From assembly GCA_964187785.1 (NCBI GenBank), contig OZ076409.1:14634001-14698000 (forward strand): a DNA stretch of 64,000 bases, in the 5' to 3' direction. Positions 37,760 through 47,710 of the stretch are shown here, piece by piece. Position 1 is the stretch's first letter. The number at the start of each line of letters is the position of its first letter. A program made the translations under genes and the position numbers. Origin of the DNA: Amphiscolops sp. MND2022. Taxonomy: Eukaryota. Below the pieces are notes generated by a model, which did no database searches, was not told the DNA's origin, and saw nothing but the letters and a program-made list of their open reading frames with translations.

Positions 37760-39997
37760 TCAGTTTACTCCGGAAGTCTTCACGATACTGTCTGCTTTCT
37801 GGGAATTGGTTGGTGCACCGATGTTCCCACTGGAAGTATCCTCTTTCCTTTCCGGTCGACTGCCGTCCGACCCTGTACCGGTCATCTCTTTCATCTCGGT
37901 ATTGTTGGTTTCCTCCACAGTGCTATCGCCTGTCCGGCCTACAATCACCTTCCCTTTTTCCTGGGCACGCTTGCATGGGCAAAGGGTAAGCATCATCTCG
38001 AAAAACTGTCGGGGCCCCAGGTAGATCATCACTCCGACAACCGCTAAGAGGAAAAGTGCCAACAGCGTCAACAGGACAGTGCCGACCACCGGGTGTGCCA
38101 CTTCTTTCCAATGGAACGGTGCATGTCTTTTCAGGATGGCTTCCGCAAAGGGACGGGAAATCTTCTTTATTTCCTCATCGTCAATTTCGTCTTCCGGTAG
38201 CTCGATTAAGTTCATTTTCAGGCCTTTTAACAGGTCTTCATGAGCCACCGCTCTATATTCCTTTTTAAACTTCCAATCCGGATTCTGCTCTTGAATTTCC
38301 TCGAAGAGTGTAAACATTGAGGCCAACACGGTATTCTGTTTAATCGTTATATGCAGGCCTGCTTCATGATGACACTTCCTGGGGTCTGGGTTGAGCACTA
38401 GGCTTCCATCCGGGGTCTCAATGCGCCCATTGCAGGCTGGCCGAAGGAGGCAACTCTTACATCCGCGGATCCTTTCCCCTTCAACGGCTCGTCCTCCCGT
38501 GTAGTTATATAGTTGGTAGGCAGTACTTCGAGATGTCAACAAATAGGTGGAATCACCCAGGTATTCAGCTACTGGCTCTTCCGGTAGCGCCACCACTTCT
38601 TGAGGGCATAACTTCAGTGCAGTATTCTGGAGGTTAAAAAACAGGCTCGCCAGGCAGGAGGACTTACTGCTCCGTGACATTGCTACTGGTCTTAAGCATA
38701 ATCTGAGTCTCGATGTTCCCTGGCAGTGGGTGGTCAGTTGTTGTTCCGTAGCCTCCGCGAAACTATCTCTCCTATTCGATTGCAGGAACTGGTTTTGTTT
38801 GAAAATGTATCTAGTGGCTGTGTTACCATCATCGATCGGCTGGGGGATCGCCACAGCTTTGTACACTCGATATGCGCCGCTCGCAAAATGCATCGGAATA
38901 TTTAATAGTACGTTTATAGACTCGTCTGTCAGGACCACGTTTTCCACCAGTTCGAATCCGTAATACGCCGATAATTCAGTTCGGGGAATCGCCTCTTGCA
39001 TTCCGTCTACTTGAATGTTGTTCAGTACCTTCAGGAGTGCCTTGGGAGGAATAAGGGCTGCTGGGATGAATCCCTTCGCTAGCGCAGCCAAAGCATCGTC
39101 CAGAACATATCCGAAGTTGTGAAGACCCACTTGATAATCCAAAATTTCTGCCAATAGCGTATCAAAGTATTGCGTGTGATTCATCATGGAAAGCGTCCAC
39201 TGTGCAGCCTCGACAAATTCCCTCTCGCGCTTCCCGCAGATGTCGGCGATCTTGTCCCAGGAGGTTCCGTCTGACAGTCGATTAAATACTGCCCTCAAGT
39301 TTCGAAAGTTTTCGTTAGCGTCTTTTGCCAACACTCGGACTCTTCCTTGAGTTCGGTTCAAAGAGTGACCCAACAGGTGTATTCTCTCTCCAGTTTCCAA
39401 AGTGACCGTTCGGGCGAGATCATCCACTTCTGATAGTCGTTTGGCCAATTCGTCATATTTACCCGAGTCCCCACACATGAAGGTGAAAGGACAAAAATCG
39501 TCCAAAAAGCGAGGTAGTAGAGTGATTGCGGCTGCCGTGGCAGCCACTCCGGCCAACAGTACCGTCAAAGCTCCTCGTCTGTCCCTGTCCGGATGAATGT
39601 CCCTATGCCTTATGAAGGTCTGTGCCCGCTCGCGCATCTCTGCCAAATCGTCCATTACCTCCAGGTATGCCTTCTCGACGTTTTTCAGGCCCAGAAAAGT
39701 CACATTAAATGTGGCATCCGTGATCTCTTCATTTGCGCAAATATTCCCTCCCCAGGGCTTCCACGATTTACGGGATTTATACTGGAACTCTTGGAAAACT
39801 ATATCCAGGTGGGTGACATTGAGGGCTGCCGGCGAAGGGAAAGGTATAGTTATCCACGCTGCCTCCAGTGAACTGGCTATGATCACAGGCGGTTCTGGGG
39901 TGAATACTACTCCAGCAGTATTGTTATATGTTAAAGTGTTTGCCGTTGGGAAGCCCCAACAAACGAGCAAAAGAAGCGAAAGAAGTTTTAGTATCAT
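37760..39997 (-). CDS. env: Envelope glycoprotein, class I F-type fusion protein, 745 aa
   Basis: Signal peptide, RDRR furin-type site (aa 138-141), hydrophobic fusion peptide, heptad-like helix, Cys-rich ectodomain, N-glycosylation sequons, TM near aa 637-661, cytoplasmic tail; third ORF before the 3' LTR. Confidence 0.92.
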   Translation of the reverse strand: MILKLLSLLLLVCWGFPTANTLTYNNTAGVVFTPEPPVIIASSLEAAWITIPFPSPAALNVTHLDIVFQEFQYKSRKSWKPWGGNICANEEITDATFNVTFLGLKNVEKAYLEVMDDLAEMRERAQTFIRHRDIHPDRDRRGALTVLLAGVAATAAAITLLPRFLDDFCPFTFMCGDSGKYDELAKRLSEVDDLARTVTLETGERIHLLGHSLNRTQGRVRVLAKDANENFRNLRAVFNRLSDGTSWDKIADICGKREREFVEAAQWTLSMMNHTQYFDTLLAEILDYQVGLHNFGYVLDDALAALAKGFIPAALIPPKALLKVLNNIQVDGMQEAIPRTELSAYYGFELVENVVLTDESINVLLNIPMHFASGAYRVYKAVAIPQPIDDGNTATRYIFKQNQFLQSNRRDSFAEATEQQLTTHCQGTSRLRLCLRPVAMSRSSKSSCLASLFFNLQNTALKLCPQEVVALPEEPVAEYLGDSTYLLTSRSTAYQLYNYTGGRAVEGERIRGCKSCLLRPACNGRIETPDGSLVLNPDPRKCHHEAGLHITIKQNTVLASMFTLFEEIQEQNPDWKFKKEYRAVAHEDLLKGLKMNLIELPEDEIDDEEIKKISRPFAEAILKRHAPFHWKEVAHPVVGTVLLTLLALFLLAVVGVMIYLGPRQFFEMMLTLCPCKRAQEKGKVIVGRTGDSTVEETNNTEMKEMTGTGSDGSRPERKEDTSSGNIGAPTNSQKADSIVKTSGVN

Positions 39998-40458
39998 ACC
40001 GTTTTCGAATTAAATAATTTAATAAGTGATGCCAACTTAGGAACCTTAAGAACGGCACTGTTTATTCCTGAGGTCCCGCCCAAACAAGACGGTCATCATT
40101 CCTTCATTCAAAGGTGAGACGGCTTTTAAGTCTAGACGACTAAGGTACGTTTACTTTCAATGTTGACCATTGCATCATTCAGTGTATCCTGCGTATTTAC
40201 CGGACGTGCTCACCTTTGAAGTCAGTAAATAGGTTATTTATCCTGTGGTATTAGTAAAGCAAACACCCAGGATACGTGGGTAATCAAGATCATGGGGTGG
40301 AATAAAAAAAACAATTTGCTGGGGTTTTAAGAACGCAAAAAAAAAATAATAATAAAAAAAATTAATAGCGCACCTCAATCGTTCAACGGGGGGGGTCTTC
40401 CTTTTTAACATGGGGTTGTTTGAGGAGTTAGTTTTTAGTTTGTGAATATCTTACTGGT

Positions 40459-43400
40459 TCATTCATCTATTCCGAACCTTTGCGTGGGTTTTCGACTGCG
40501 CTGCGGGTAACGCTGCTGGTCTCCGGGTTGCTCCACTTGGGTGTCATCTAAGGGTTCGGGGTTTGTAACATCAGCAACAGCATCGTCCACAGGGTTGCCG
40601 GGGGTATGGGTCGCTTCATCGACTTGCTGGGTTGATTTGTCTGCTCGCGTGGGGGTCGGGTAGCTGCACCCCGTAACTCTGGTTGATTCATCTAATGTTT
40701 CCTTTCGCCCAGTTTCGCTCTCTTCTTCGAACATCGGCCCCAAATGGAAGTCCTGGTCGAGCCAGAGGTCACGTTTCAACCTATCGTACTTCCGGACCGT
40801 CTGCCCAGCTATACGGCGGGTCTCAGCCTCTGTCTTTGCGGCAATGCCTGCCGACTTCGAAGGATCTTCGTGGTCTGGTTCGTCCAATAAATCTTCCTCA
40901 TCCACATCGTCGAAGAAATTCTTAGATCGATACGGGTTCGGTCTGCTGGGTCGCTCGTCAACTGGTTCGCTCACAAAGGCTTTCAGCATGTTGAAATGGA
41001 CAATCTTCCATTTGTCCTCTTTTCCTTTCTTCGCGATCTTGTAGTTAACTTCTGACGTTTGTTCCAAGATCTCCCAAGGTCCGTCCCACGGTAGGTAGAA
41101 TTTTCTCGATTTGGCCTTGTGGGGGGACATCAGCCAGACTTTCTCCCCTTCTGCATAATTCCGGCCATAAACCTTCTTATGGTACCGGTCTTTCTGACGT
41201 TCTTGATTAACTCCCAGGTGACTTCTGGCGGCGCTATGGGCCTCGTGGAACTTACGGTCGAGGTCGTCCACGAAGTCGGTGCGGTCCATCAGTTCGTCAT
41301 GAGGGCGGGGGTAAAACAGGTCGATCGGGTACTGACACTCTTGTCCATAGACCAGCGCGAAGGGGGTAGCCCTTGTCGTCCTGTGCACAGTTGTGTTGTA
41401 AACGAAGTTCAAGTAGGGGAGAACCTCATCCCACACTTGCGGGTTATCGCTGCAGTACTTCGACACCATGTCCGCAATTACCCGATTGTGACGCTCCACT
41501 TGACCGTTCCCCTGTGGATGGTAGGGAGAAGTCCTCGTTTTGTCTATCTTCAGTAGCTGGCACATTTCTTGTATGACTCGACTCCCGAAGTTCGTTCCCT
41601 GGTCTGTGTGAAGACAGTCGGGCACTCCAAAGCGCAGTATCCAGCCCGTAACTATTGCCTCCGCGACGTCTTGTGCTTCAGTCTTTACCAAGGGTACCGT
41701 AACTACGAACTTCGTGAAACAATCTGTCATTGCCAGGATGTATTTGGCTCCAGTTTTCGTTGCTTTGGTCACCGGACCCAAGATGTCCGCGGCAACCGTG
41801 TGGAAGCGAATTCCCACCTTTCGGGGTTGTAACTCGGCGATATTTTTCTTCCCGGCCACTGAACGCGCAGCACAAGGTACACACCATGAGATTCGTTTTT
41901 CAACATCTCGTCTCATGGATGGCCACCAAAATCTCTGACGGATTCGCAGGAGAGTCTTTTCCAGCGCGAAGTGCCCTCCGCTCATCTGCGAAGAGTGCAA
42001 CTGCTCCAGTATCTCTTTACGAGCTTCGAATGGGACTATTAATTGGACTTGATCCTGTCCACTCTCTGCACTGGCCCAATGACGATACAACAGCCCGTTC
42101 TTTACAAAAAGCTGACGCCAGAGATTCCAGTACGCCAAGGCTTCCTCTCCCAAGGACACTACTTCTTTCTGTGTTGCCACTCTAGTGCCCAGTTCTGTTT
42201 GGTGTGGTTTATTCTTCACGTCCGCCCATTCCAGGACTGCTCTGATGGCGGGGTCTGCCCATTGAGCCTTCGATATGTCGTCGGGCGAGGATTTCCACGT
42301 GATCTGGGCTTCTTCCGGACTGGTGACTTCCGTCACGGTCGCAACTCGGTCGGATGCACCCAGTTCTTTCAGTGCCTGCTCCATCGTCAGGGGCTCGGGG
42401 CAAGAGCCCATCAGCTCTTCCTTTTCTCCGGGGAGCCATTCTGGTTCATCAGAGCTCATGCGGGACAGTCCGTCCGCGTTGCCATGTTTGTCTCCGCTCC
42501 GATGGACTACTTTAAAATTATACTCCTGCAGTGTTTGTAGCATCCGAAATGTCTGGCCGTCTGCGTTCTGCCGAAACAGCCATCGTAAACTGGCGTGATC
42601 CGTGCGAACAACGAATTCGGTGCCCCATATGTATGGTCGAAACCACTTCAGGGCCTGCACTACCGCTAGGGCTTCTCGCTTTGTTGTCGAATACATGCTT
42701 TCGGTCTTCGACAGCACTCTGCTCGCGAACACAAGTGGCCTTTCATCTCCATCTATTACATTGGATAACACCGCACCCAAACTCACATTACTCGCGTCCG
42801 TATCGACCACAAACGGGCTTTTATAATCTGGATACTGCAGCATTGGTGCGGTCGTGAGTTCTAGTTTCAGTCTTTCAAATGCCACTTGGCAATCTTCGTT
42901 CCACTCGAAGCGGGCATTCTTCTTCGTGACTGCGTGTAAGGGTCGGGCTATTTCCGCAAAATTCCGAATAAATCTGCGATAGTAGCTGCAGAACCCCACA
43001 AACGACCTCACGTCTGTCACATTCTTCGGCACTGGCCACTCCTTTACTGCTTTTACCTTGCCCGGGTCAGGGGATGTGCCATCAGCTTGGATAGTGTGTC
43101 CCAAGTAGTCGACCTGCTTTTGGAAAAACTTGCACTTCTTGGGTTTCAGCCGAAGGTTCGCTTCCCTCAGGGTCTCGAAGGTAATTCTCAAGTTCTGCAT
43201 GTGCTGCTCCACGTCTCCACTGTACAAGAGGACGTCATCTAGGAAGATCAGGACTCCTTTGTAGATGTACTGGGCGAACAAGTTATTCATTAATCGTTGG
43301 AATGTGCCAGGAGCGTTGGTCAACCCGAAAGGCATCCGTACATACTCGTAGAGTCCACCATCTGGAGTAACAAAAGCCGTTTTGTGTCTATCTTCGGGCG

Positions 43401-44670
43401 CAACTGGAACTTGCCAGTATCCACTTGCCAAATCCAGGGTGGAGAAAAGCTTTGCGCCGTTCAACGCGTCAAAGGTCTGCTCAATCTTTGGGATAGGGAA
43501 CGCGTCTTTGACGGTGACTTCATTAAGCCTTCGGTAATCTACACAGAATCTCCAACTGCCGTCCTTCTTTCTGGCTAATACAATCGGGGCACTGTACGGG
43601 CTGTTGGAATGTTGTATGACACCTCGTTTTAGCATGTCTTCCACCTCCTGTTGCACAATCGGGAGTTTTGCCGGGGCTATTCGGTGTGGGGGTATTTTGA
43701 TGGGGTCGCTGTCCCCTGTCTCGATGTGGTGTTCCGCCACGTCCGTACAACCCAACTCGTCATCATTGAGCGCAAAAACGTCTCTGTATTCAGTCACTAA
43801 GGCTGCTAAGACCTCCCGTTCCCGACCTGTGACGTTTTCGGCGGAGAGTGCTAAGATTTTCTCCACGTCTTGCTCCAGTGTGGGGAAGCACGTCGTGGGA
43901 GTCGTCTCAACGCGGGGTTCTTGAACTACCCTAACACGATCGGCTTCCTGGTTTTCAGTGTCATCTGACTGCTGGTGCGGGATCTCCTCGTGTCCAATTG
44001 AAACTTCAGGTTTCTGCTCCTCCACACCGTCTCCACTGATTTGGTCTGCGTTCGAGTTTTTTGATGGCTCCTCTGGTTCCGTTTCTCTGAGTCCTCGGAT
44101 GCGTCGAATCTGCTCGACTCGGAAACCCACGATAGAGCCTTCTCCTGGTCCGGTCCAGAACTGTTTGGTATTGAAATCCAAGTTTGATTTGTGATTGTTC
44201 ATAAATGCGAGCCCAAGGATAATGGTCGGGTTAACGTCGTGCATTACTAAAAAGTTTACTTCTTCGTCGATTGCCCCCACAACTATTCTAACTCGGGCAC
44301 GTCCGACGACGGCCATTTGTCTCCCGTCTGCTGTCTCCAGGCGTCCGTCATACCTCTCTAATTCCGGGAAACGATCCAGTTCGTAGAGTGCATTTAAGTT
44401 TATTAGGTTTACTGAAGCTCCCGTGTCCAGCAGGGCGTCTACTTCTTTCCCAGCCACCTTGACTCTGGTGATGGCGCTGAGTGTCCCACCCTCTGGTGTC
44501 AAACTTGGGTCTTCCGGGTCTGGATCGTTTGAGTTTAAGGGACGTGCTTTGTCTGCCATCGCTTCAGCCTTCGCCTTCACGAGGGATGGGATGATTTTGA
44601 AATTTGCAGTTTTAAATTCGGCCGGGACAAAACCTTCTTTCACTGGCTTCCCGGCCCTTCGGAGTTTAAA
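40459..44670 (-). CDS. pol: Pol polyprotein PR-RT-RNaseH-IN, probably made as Gag-Pol by -1 frameshift
   Basis: Protease LLDTGA; RT LDLASGYWQ, MPFGL, FLDD; RNase H TDAS, REALA, TDH; integrase H-x6-H...CVPC, TDQG, VER; GPY/F-like WDGPW; no internal stops. The ORF-track start at 44721 lies upstream of the slippery site. Confidence 0.96.
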   Translation of the reverse strand, partial: FKLRRAGKPVKEGFVPAEFKTANFKIIPSLVKAKAEAMADKARPLNSNDPDPEDPSLTPEGGTLSAITRVKVAGKEVDALLDTGASVNLINLNALYELDRFPELERYDGRLETADGRQMAVVGRARVRIVVGAIDEEVNFLVMHDVNPTIILGLAFMNNHKSNLDFNTKQFWTGPGEGSIVGFRVEQIRRIRGLRETEPEEPSKNSNADQISGDGVEEQKPEVSIGHEEIPHQQSDDTENQEADRVRVVQEPRVETTPTTCFPTLEQDVEKILALSAENVTGREREVLAALVTEYRDVFALNDDELGCTDVAEHHIETGDSDPIKIPPHRIAPAKLPIVQQEVEDMLKRGVIQHSNSPYSAPIVLARKKDGSWRFCVDYRRLNEVTVKDAFPIPKIEQTFDALNGAKLFSTLDLASGYWQVPVAPEDRHKTAFVTPDGGLYEYVRMPFGLTNAPGTFQRLMNNLFAQYIYKGVLIFLDDVLLYSGDVEQHMQNLRITFETLREANLRLKPKKCKFFQKQVDYLGHTIQADGTSPDPGKVKAVKEWPVPKNVTDVRSFVGFCSYYRRFIRNFAEIARPLHAVTKKNARFEWNEDCQVAFERLKLELTTAPMLQYPDYKSPFVVDTDASNVSLGAVLSNVIDGDERPLVFASRVLSKTESMYSTTKREALAVVQALKWFRPYIWGTEFVVRTDHASLRWLFRQNADGQTFRMLQTLQEYNFKVVHRSGDKHGNADGLSRMSSDEPEWLPGEKEELMGSCPEPLTMEQALKELGASDRVATVTEVTSPEEAQITWKSSPDDISKAQWADPAIRAVLEWADVKNKPHQTELGTRVATQKEVVSLGEEALAYWNLWRQLFVKNGLLYRHWASAESGQDQVQLIVPFEARKEILEQLHSSQMSGGHFALEKTLLRIRQRFWWPSMRRDVEKRISWCVPCAARSVAGKKNIAELQPRKVGIRFHTVAADILGPVTKATKTGAKYILAMTDCFTKFVVTVPLVKTEAQDVAEAIVTGWILRFGVPDCLHTDQGTNFGSRVIQEMCQLLKIDKTRTSPYHPQGNGQVERHNRVIADMVSKYCSDNPQVWDEVLPYLNFVYNTTVHRTTRATPFALVYGQECQYPIDLFYPRPHDELMDRTDFVDDLDRKFHEAHSAARSHLGVNQERQKDRYHKKVYGRNYAEGEKVWLMSPHKAKSRKFYLPWDGPWEILEQTSEVNYKIAKKGKEDKWKIVHFNMLKAFVSEPVDERPSRPNPYRSKNFFDDVDEEDLLDEPDHEDPSKSAGIAAKTEAETRRIAGQTVRKYDRLKRDLWLDQDFHLGPMFEEESETGRKETLDESTRVTGCSYPTPTRADKSTQQVDEATHTPGNPVDDAVADVTNPEPLDDTQVEQPGDQQRYPQRSRKPTQRFGIDE
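44620..44670 (-). promoter_or_regulatory. -1 programmed ribosomal frameshift signal
   Basis: T_TTA_AAC in the gag frame (44664-44670), 7-nt spacer, 8-bp stem GGCCGGGA/TCCCGGCC; pol is in the -1 frame. Confidence 0.88.
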
Positions 44671-45662
44671 GCCTCCGACTTCTTTGGGCATGCTCGTGCA
44701 AAGTGGCCCTCTTCGCCACATTCATAACAAGCAAGTGTCTGGCGCGATGAGTGGGGCTTGTTACCACTTCCACCCTGGTTGTTGAAATTGTTCCCGTAGC
44801 GATTGGTGCCTTCATTCGGGTTGAAGAGCTTCTTTTCCTGAGCGGGGGTTGTTGCAGCTTGTGGGTACGGCATCGGAAGTACGGACGACATGAATCTCGA
44901 CATCATGTTGGTCAGGTTATTCATGGCTTGACTGACTTCGTTCATCTGTTGCCTCATCTCGGTCATCTCGGGGTTGCTGCTACCTGTCGTCGCCTCCTGA
45001 GTCACCCTGAGCGCTGCCACTCGTTTCGTGGACCTGTTTCGTATGGACCTGGTGATTGTCTCCAGATCGACAGCTCTGTTTATAGTGTCCGTGAATGACC
45101 TGGAGTCCTCCCTCAGCAAGACCTCAAGCAGCTCTGGGTCGAACAGCCCCTCTATGAACCTTTCGCGGAAGTGCTCATCCCGCTGCTCTGCGTTCAAATT
45201 GGCAAACACTTGCGTCCCCACACTCCGAACTCTGCGCGCAAAGTCCCTCAGGCTTTCGCCTTCTTTTTGCACCAAAGCTTTGAATTCACTTCTTCCCATT
45301 CTGTCGTTCCTCAGTACCCCTAAGGCCCGGTCCAAGTGCTCGAACAAATTTTGGAGAGTCGGGGCCGGCTCACCTTCTGCGGGTTCTTTCAACGCCGCTG
45401 GTGCTGCATGGAACTCATCCAATGCGTGGCCGTTTAGACAAACTGGCAAAGCGTTGATGGCTTGAATCTGGGTCCATCTGTTCGCCGCTGCCACCGCTGT
45501 AAAGTGTGACTTCCACTGAACCCAATTTGGATACGCGTTCGAGGGGAATCTGTCGGGTCTGAGGGCACCATTATGGAAGATACGGTTCTGCTGATCGTTC
45601 AACACTTGCCCGACCGCCTGCATGGCCACCTCCAACAAATCTCGTTTCTCTTCTTGATTCAT
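44640..45662 (-). CDS. gag: Gag (capsid-like region plus one CCHC zinc knuckle), 340 aa
   Basis: First ORF after the PBS; Q-x-x-G-E-S-L major-homology-like segment (QKEGESLRDF); knuckle CYECGEEGHFARAC. Confidence 0.93.
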   Translation of the reverse strand: MNQEEKRDLLEVAMQAVGQVLNDQQNRIFHNGALRPDRFPSNAYPNWVQWKSHFTAVAAANRWTQIQAINALPVCLNGHALDEFHAAPAALKEPAEGEPAPTLQNLFEHLDRALGVLRNDRMGRSEFKALVQKEGESLRDFARRVRSVGTQVFANLNAEQRDEHFRERFIEGLFDPELLEVLLREDSRSFTDTINRAVDLETITRSIRNRSTKRVAALRVTQEATTGSSNPEMTEMRQQMNEVSQAMNNLTNMMSRFMSSVLPMPYPQAATTPAQEKKLFNPNEGTNRYGNNFNNQGGSGNKPHSSRQTLACYECGEEGHFARACPKKSEALNSEGPGSQ

Positions 45663-45736
45663 CGTGTTGTCGGGGGATAACAGCTAATCCCAGTAAAACA
45701 ATTCCAAAATAACAGCGATACAGAACTACGAAAATT

Positions 45737-45754
45737 GCCCACCCAGGAGCGCCA
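45737..45754 (-). promoter_or_regulatory. Primer binding site, tRNA-Asn type
   Basis: Minus strand TGGCGCTCCTGGGTGGGC, 1 nt from the LTR; complement GCCCACCCAGGAGCGCCA resembles the 3' end of animal tRNA-Asn(GTT). Confidence 0.85.
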
Positions 45755-45755
45755 C

Positions 45756-47710
45756 TGTAGAAATTTTTGCTAGAGGGTTGGAGAGAGATCCCAATGGCTC
45801 GATTCTAACAGAAAGGTTTAGTTTTTAGTGAGTAAGTTTCGTCCACGTATCGCGTATTCTTTTCACAAGGTCTCTCCAGTGCTCAAGTTTCGACTCCAAA
45901 AAAACACTATGGAAAAGTTGCTTGCAATTAATACTCTAATTCAGGAATTACCTGGATAATACAAGTCGAAGATTTCCACAGTACGTAACTACTCAATCAA
46001 GCAATAACAATAGCACAGTAGGTGAATGAATTATATACAATAACTCAACAGAACTGTGCCCAAAATCACGATTCACTCAAAGATTTCCAAGTCCCGGACT
46101 TGTAACTTATTCGCTGCTCTCACAAAGCAGTAAGTCAAAATCGATCTCGAGTAGGTTTCTTGCCCGCACGGCTCAACTTACTCTTAACTTCGTAATCGTT
46201 CTTCTTTCTCAATTCGGTTCTCCTTTTTCCTCCCTAAGATGTTTATTCGTCAGCCGCATTTTTGTTGTACCGATGTCGCTCTTTTATTTGCATGCTTTTT
46301 ACTTCATGTAGTTCCATTCCTTTTATGGCATGGCAGCTCTCTAGTTATGTTTCGGCCAGACATTCTTCGCCGCCAACGACAAATACTTCAACAAAGATTG
46401 TACAAAGTTCACATTTCGATAATAATTCAAGTCCACCAAGATATTTCCAATATCGAGACAATCGTTCAATGACCTTCAATTACATGGTTTACATGCTCTA
46501 TATGCGTAAGGGGTACTTTTCTGTCATTCTGAGTGCAATACATCGCGAATCGTTCCGCCTGACTGAAATGCATAAATTATCGCTTAAAGACACTGATTTA
46601 CATGTTTTATTGTATGTTTTCCTATATGTTCCGGGGTTGCATCTAAGATGACCTTGAGGTCCATCTGTGACCTTGAAGTTATTTGTCATCATCTAATGTC
46701 ACTACATGCCAAGTTATATCGTCCTAGGGTCAATGGTCTTCGAGTTACATGATATGCGTATCTTTTGTTTACTTAAGGCGGCTACCCCCGCATGGGTTAC
46801 AAATACGGTTTCGTTCACGTTGGTAATCAACTACATTCATCGTTCCGGTTCGTTTGATATATTACAAGCCAAGGTCAATTGTCATTTATCGGTCCGGCCC
46901 GTGCGTCCGGTCCCGCGTGCCTTAAACAAACATTACTCCGCGCGTGGTGAACTGATTAATGTATCTTTAATGTATATTACTTAGGGTTACTAGGCGAACA
47001 TATTGGGTAAGTTTCATGATCGTCGGGTCATCCGGTGGCTATTTACATAACATTCGGGGTTTATTTACTTAGGGTCCGTGCTCCTCCTACGCGCGTCATA
47101 GGGTTCCGAAAACATGCGCAAAGGGCTTAGTATCGGGTGGGCTATCAATTCTATATATAATACGACTTATTCCGTGCTTGGCCGATGAGTTCATAGGGGG
47201 GTCGACCTAGGTCACTTCCGGTGCTAATAGCCCGGGACTGGGGGGTCTCGGCTCGGTTCCGTTTTTATGGGCGTGTGGCATAACAGCTCAATTATCCGTG
47301 TGCCAAATTTCAAGTCTCTACGATAAGTAGTCTTTGAGAAAAACCTGACTGGGGGGGGTTTTTCGATTTTGTGACGATTGATTTTTCATGGTGTATCTTA
47401 GAATATTTTCCCTCGAAAGTGGGACTTAGTAAAATTCGCTCTAAGTGATCAATTTTGACTCAGCCGATTCAAAATCTTCCATCGTTGACGTCACTTGCTA
47501 ACTTATTAATTTTTGCCTAAGAAGTTTCGTTTACAAAGTAAATACCTAGTTTGCCAAATAAGCTATATCGAAGCATGCTATTGTCAGCCTCTTCAGGTGT
47601 TTTCACTATTCTGGCGGTCTAAAAACATGATTAACATAGTTCCGTCTATCATATGTACTTCGCGCAAAAGCAATGGGTTTTCGTGGACGCCAAAAACTAA
47701 AAATTCCACA
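45756..47710 (-). repeat. 5' LTR of env-bearing element
   Basis: Plus strand TGTAGAAAT...ATTCCACA; copy of 35048-37002 at offset 10708; PBS adjacent. Confidence 0.97.

Larger units (their letters stand above)
35048..47710 (-). mobile_element. Full-length env-bearing Ty3/Gypsy LTR element (errantivirus-like endogenous retrovirus), 12663 bp
   Basis: Direct 1955-bp LTRs (TG...CA), 5-bp target duplication GACCC at 35043-35047 and 47711-47715, PBS, PPT, and uninterrupted gag, pol and env ORFs in canonical order. Confidence 0.96.
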
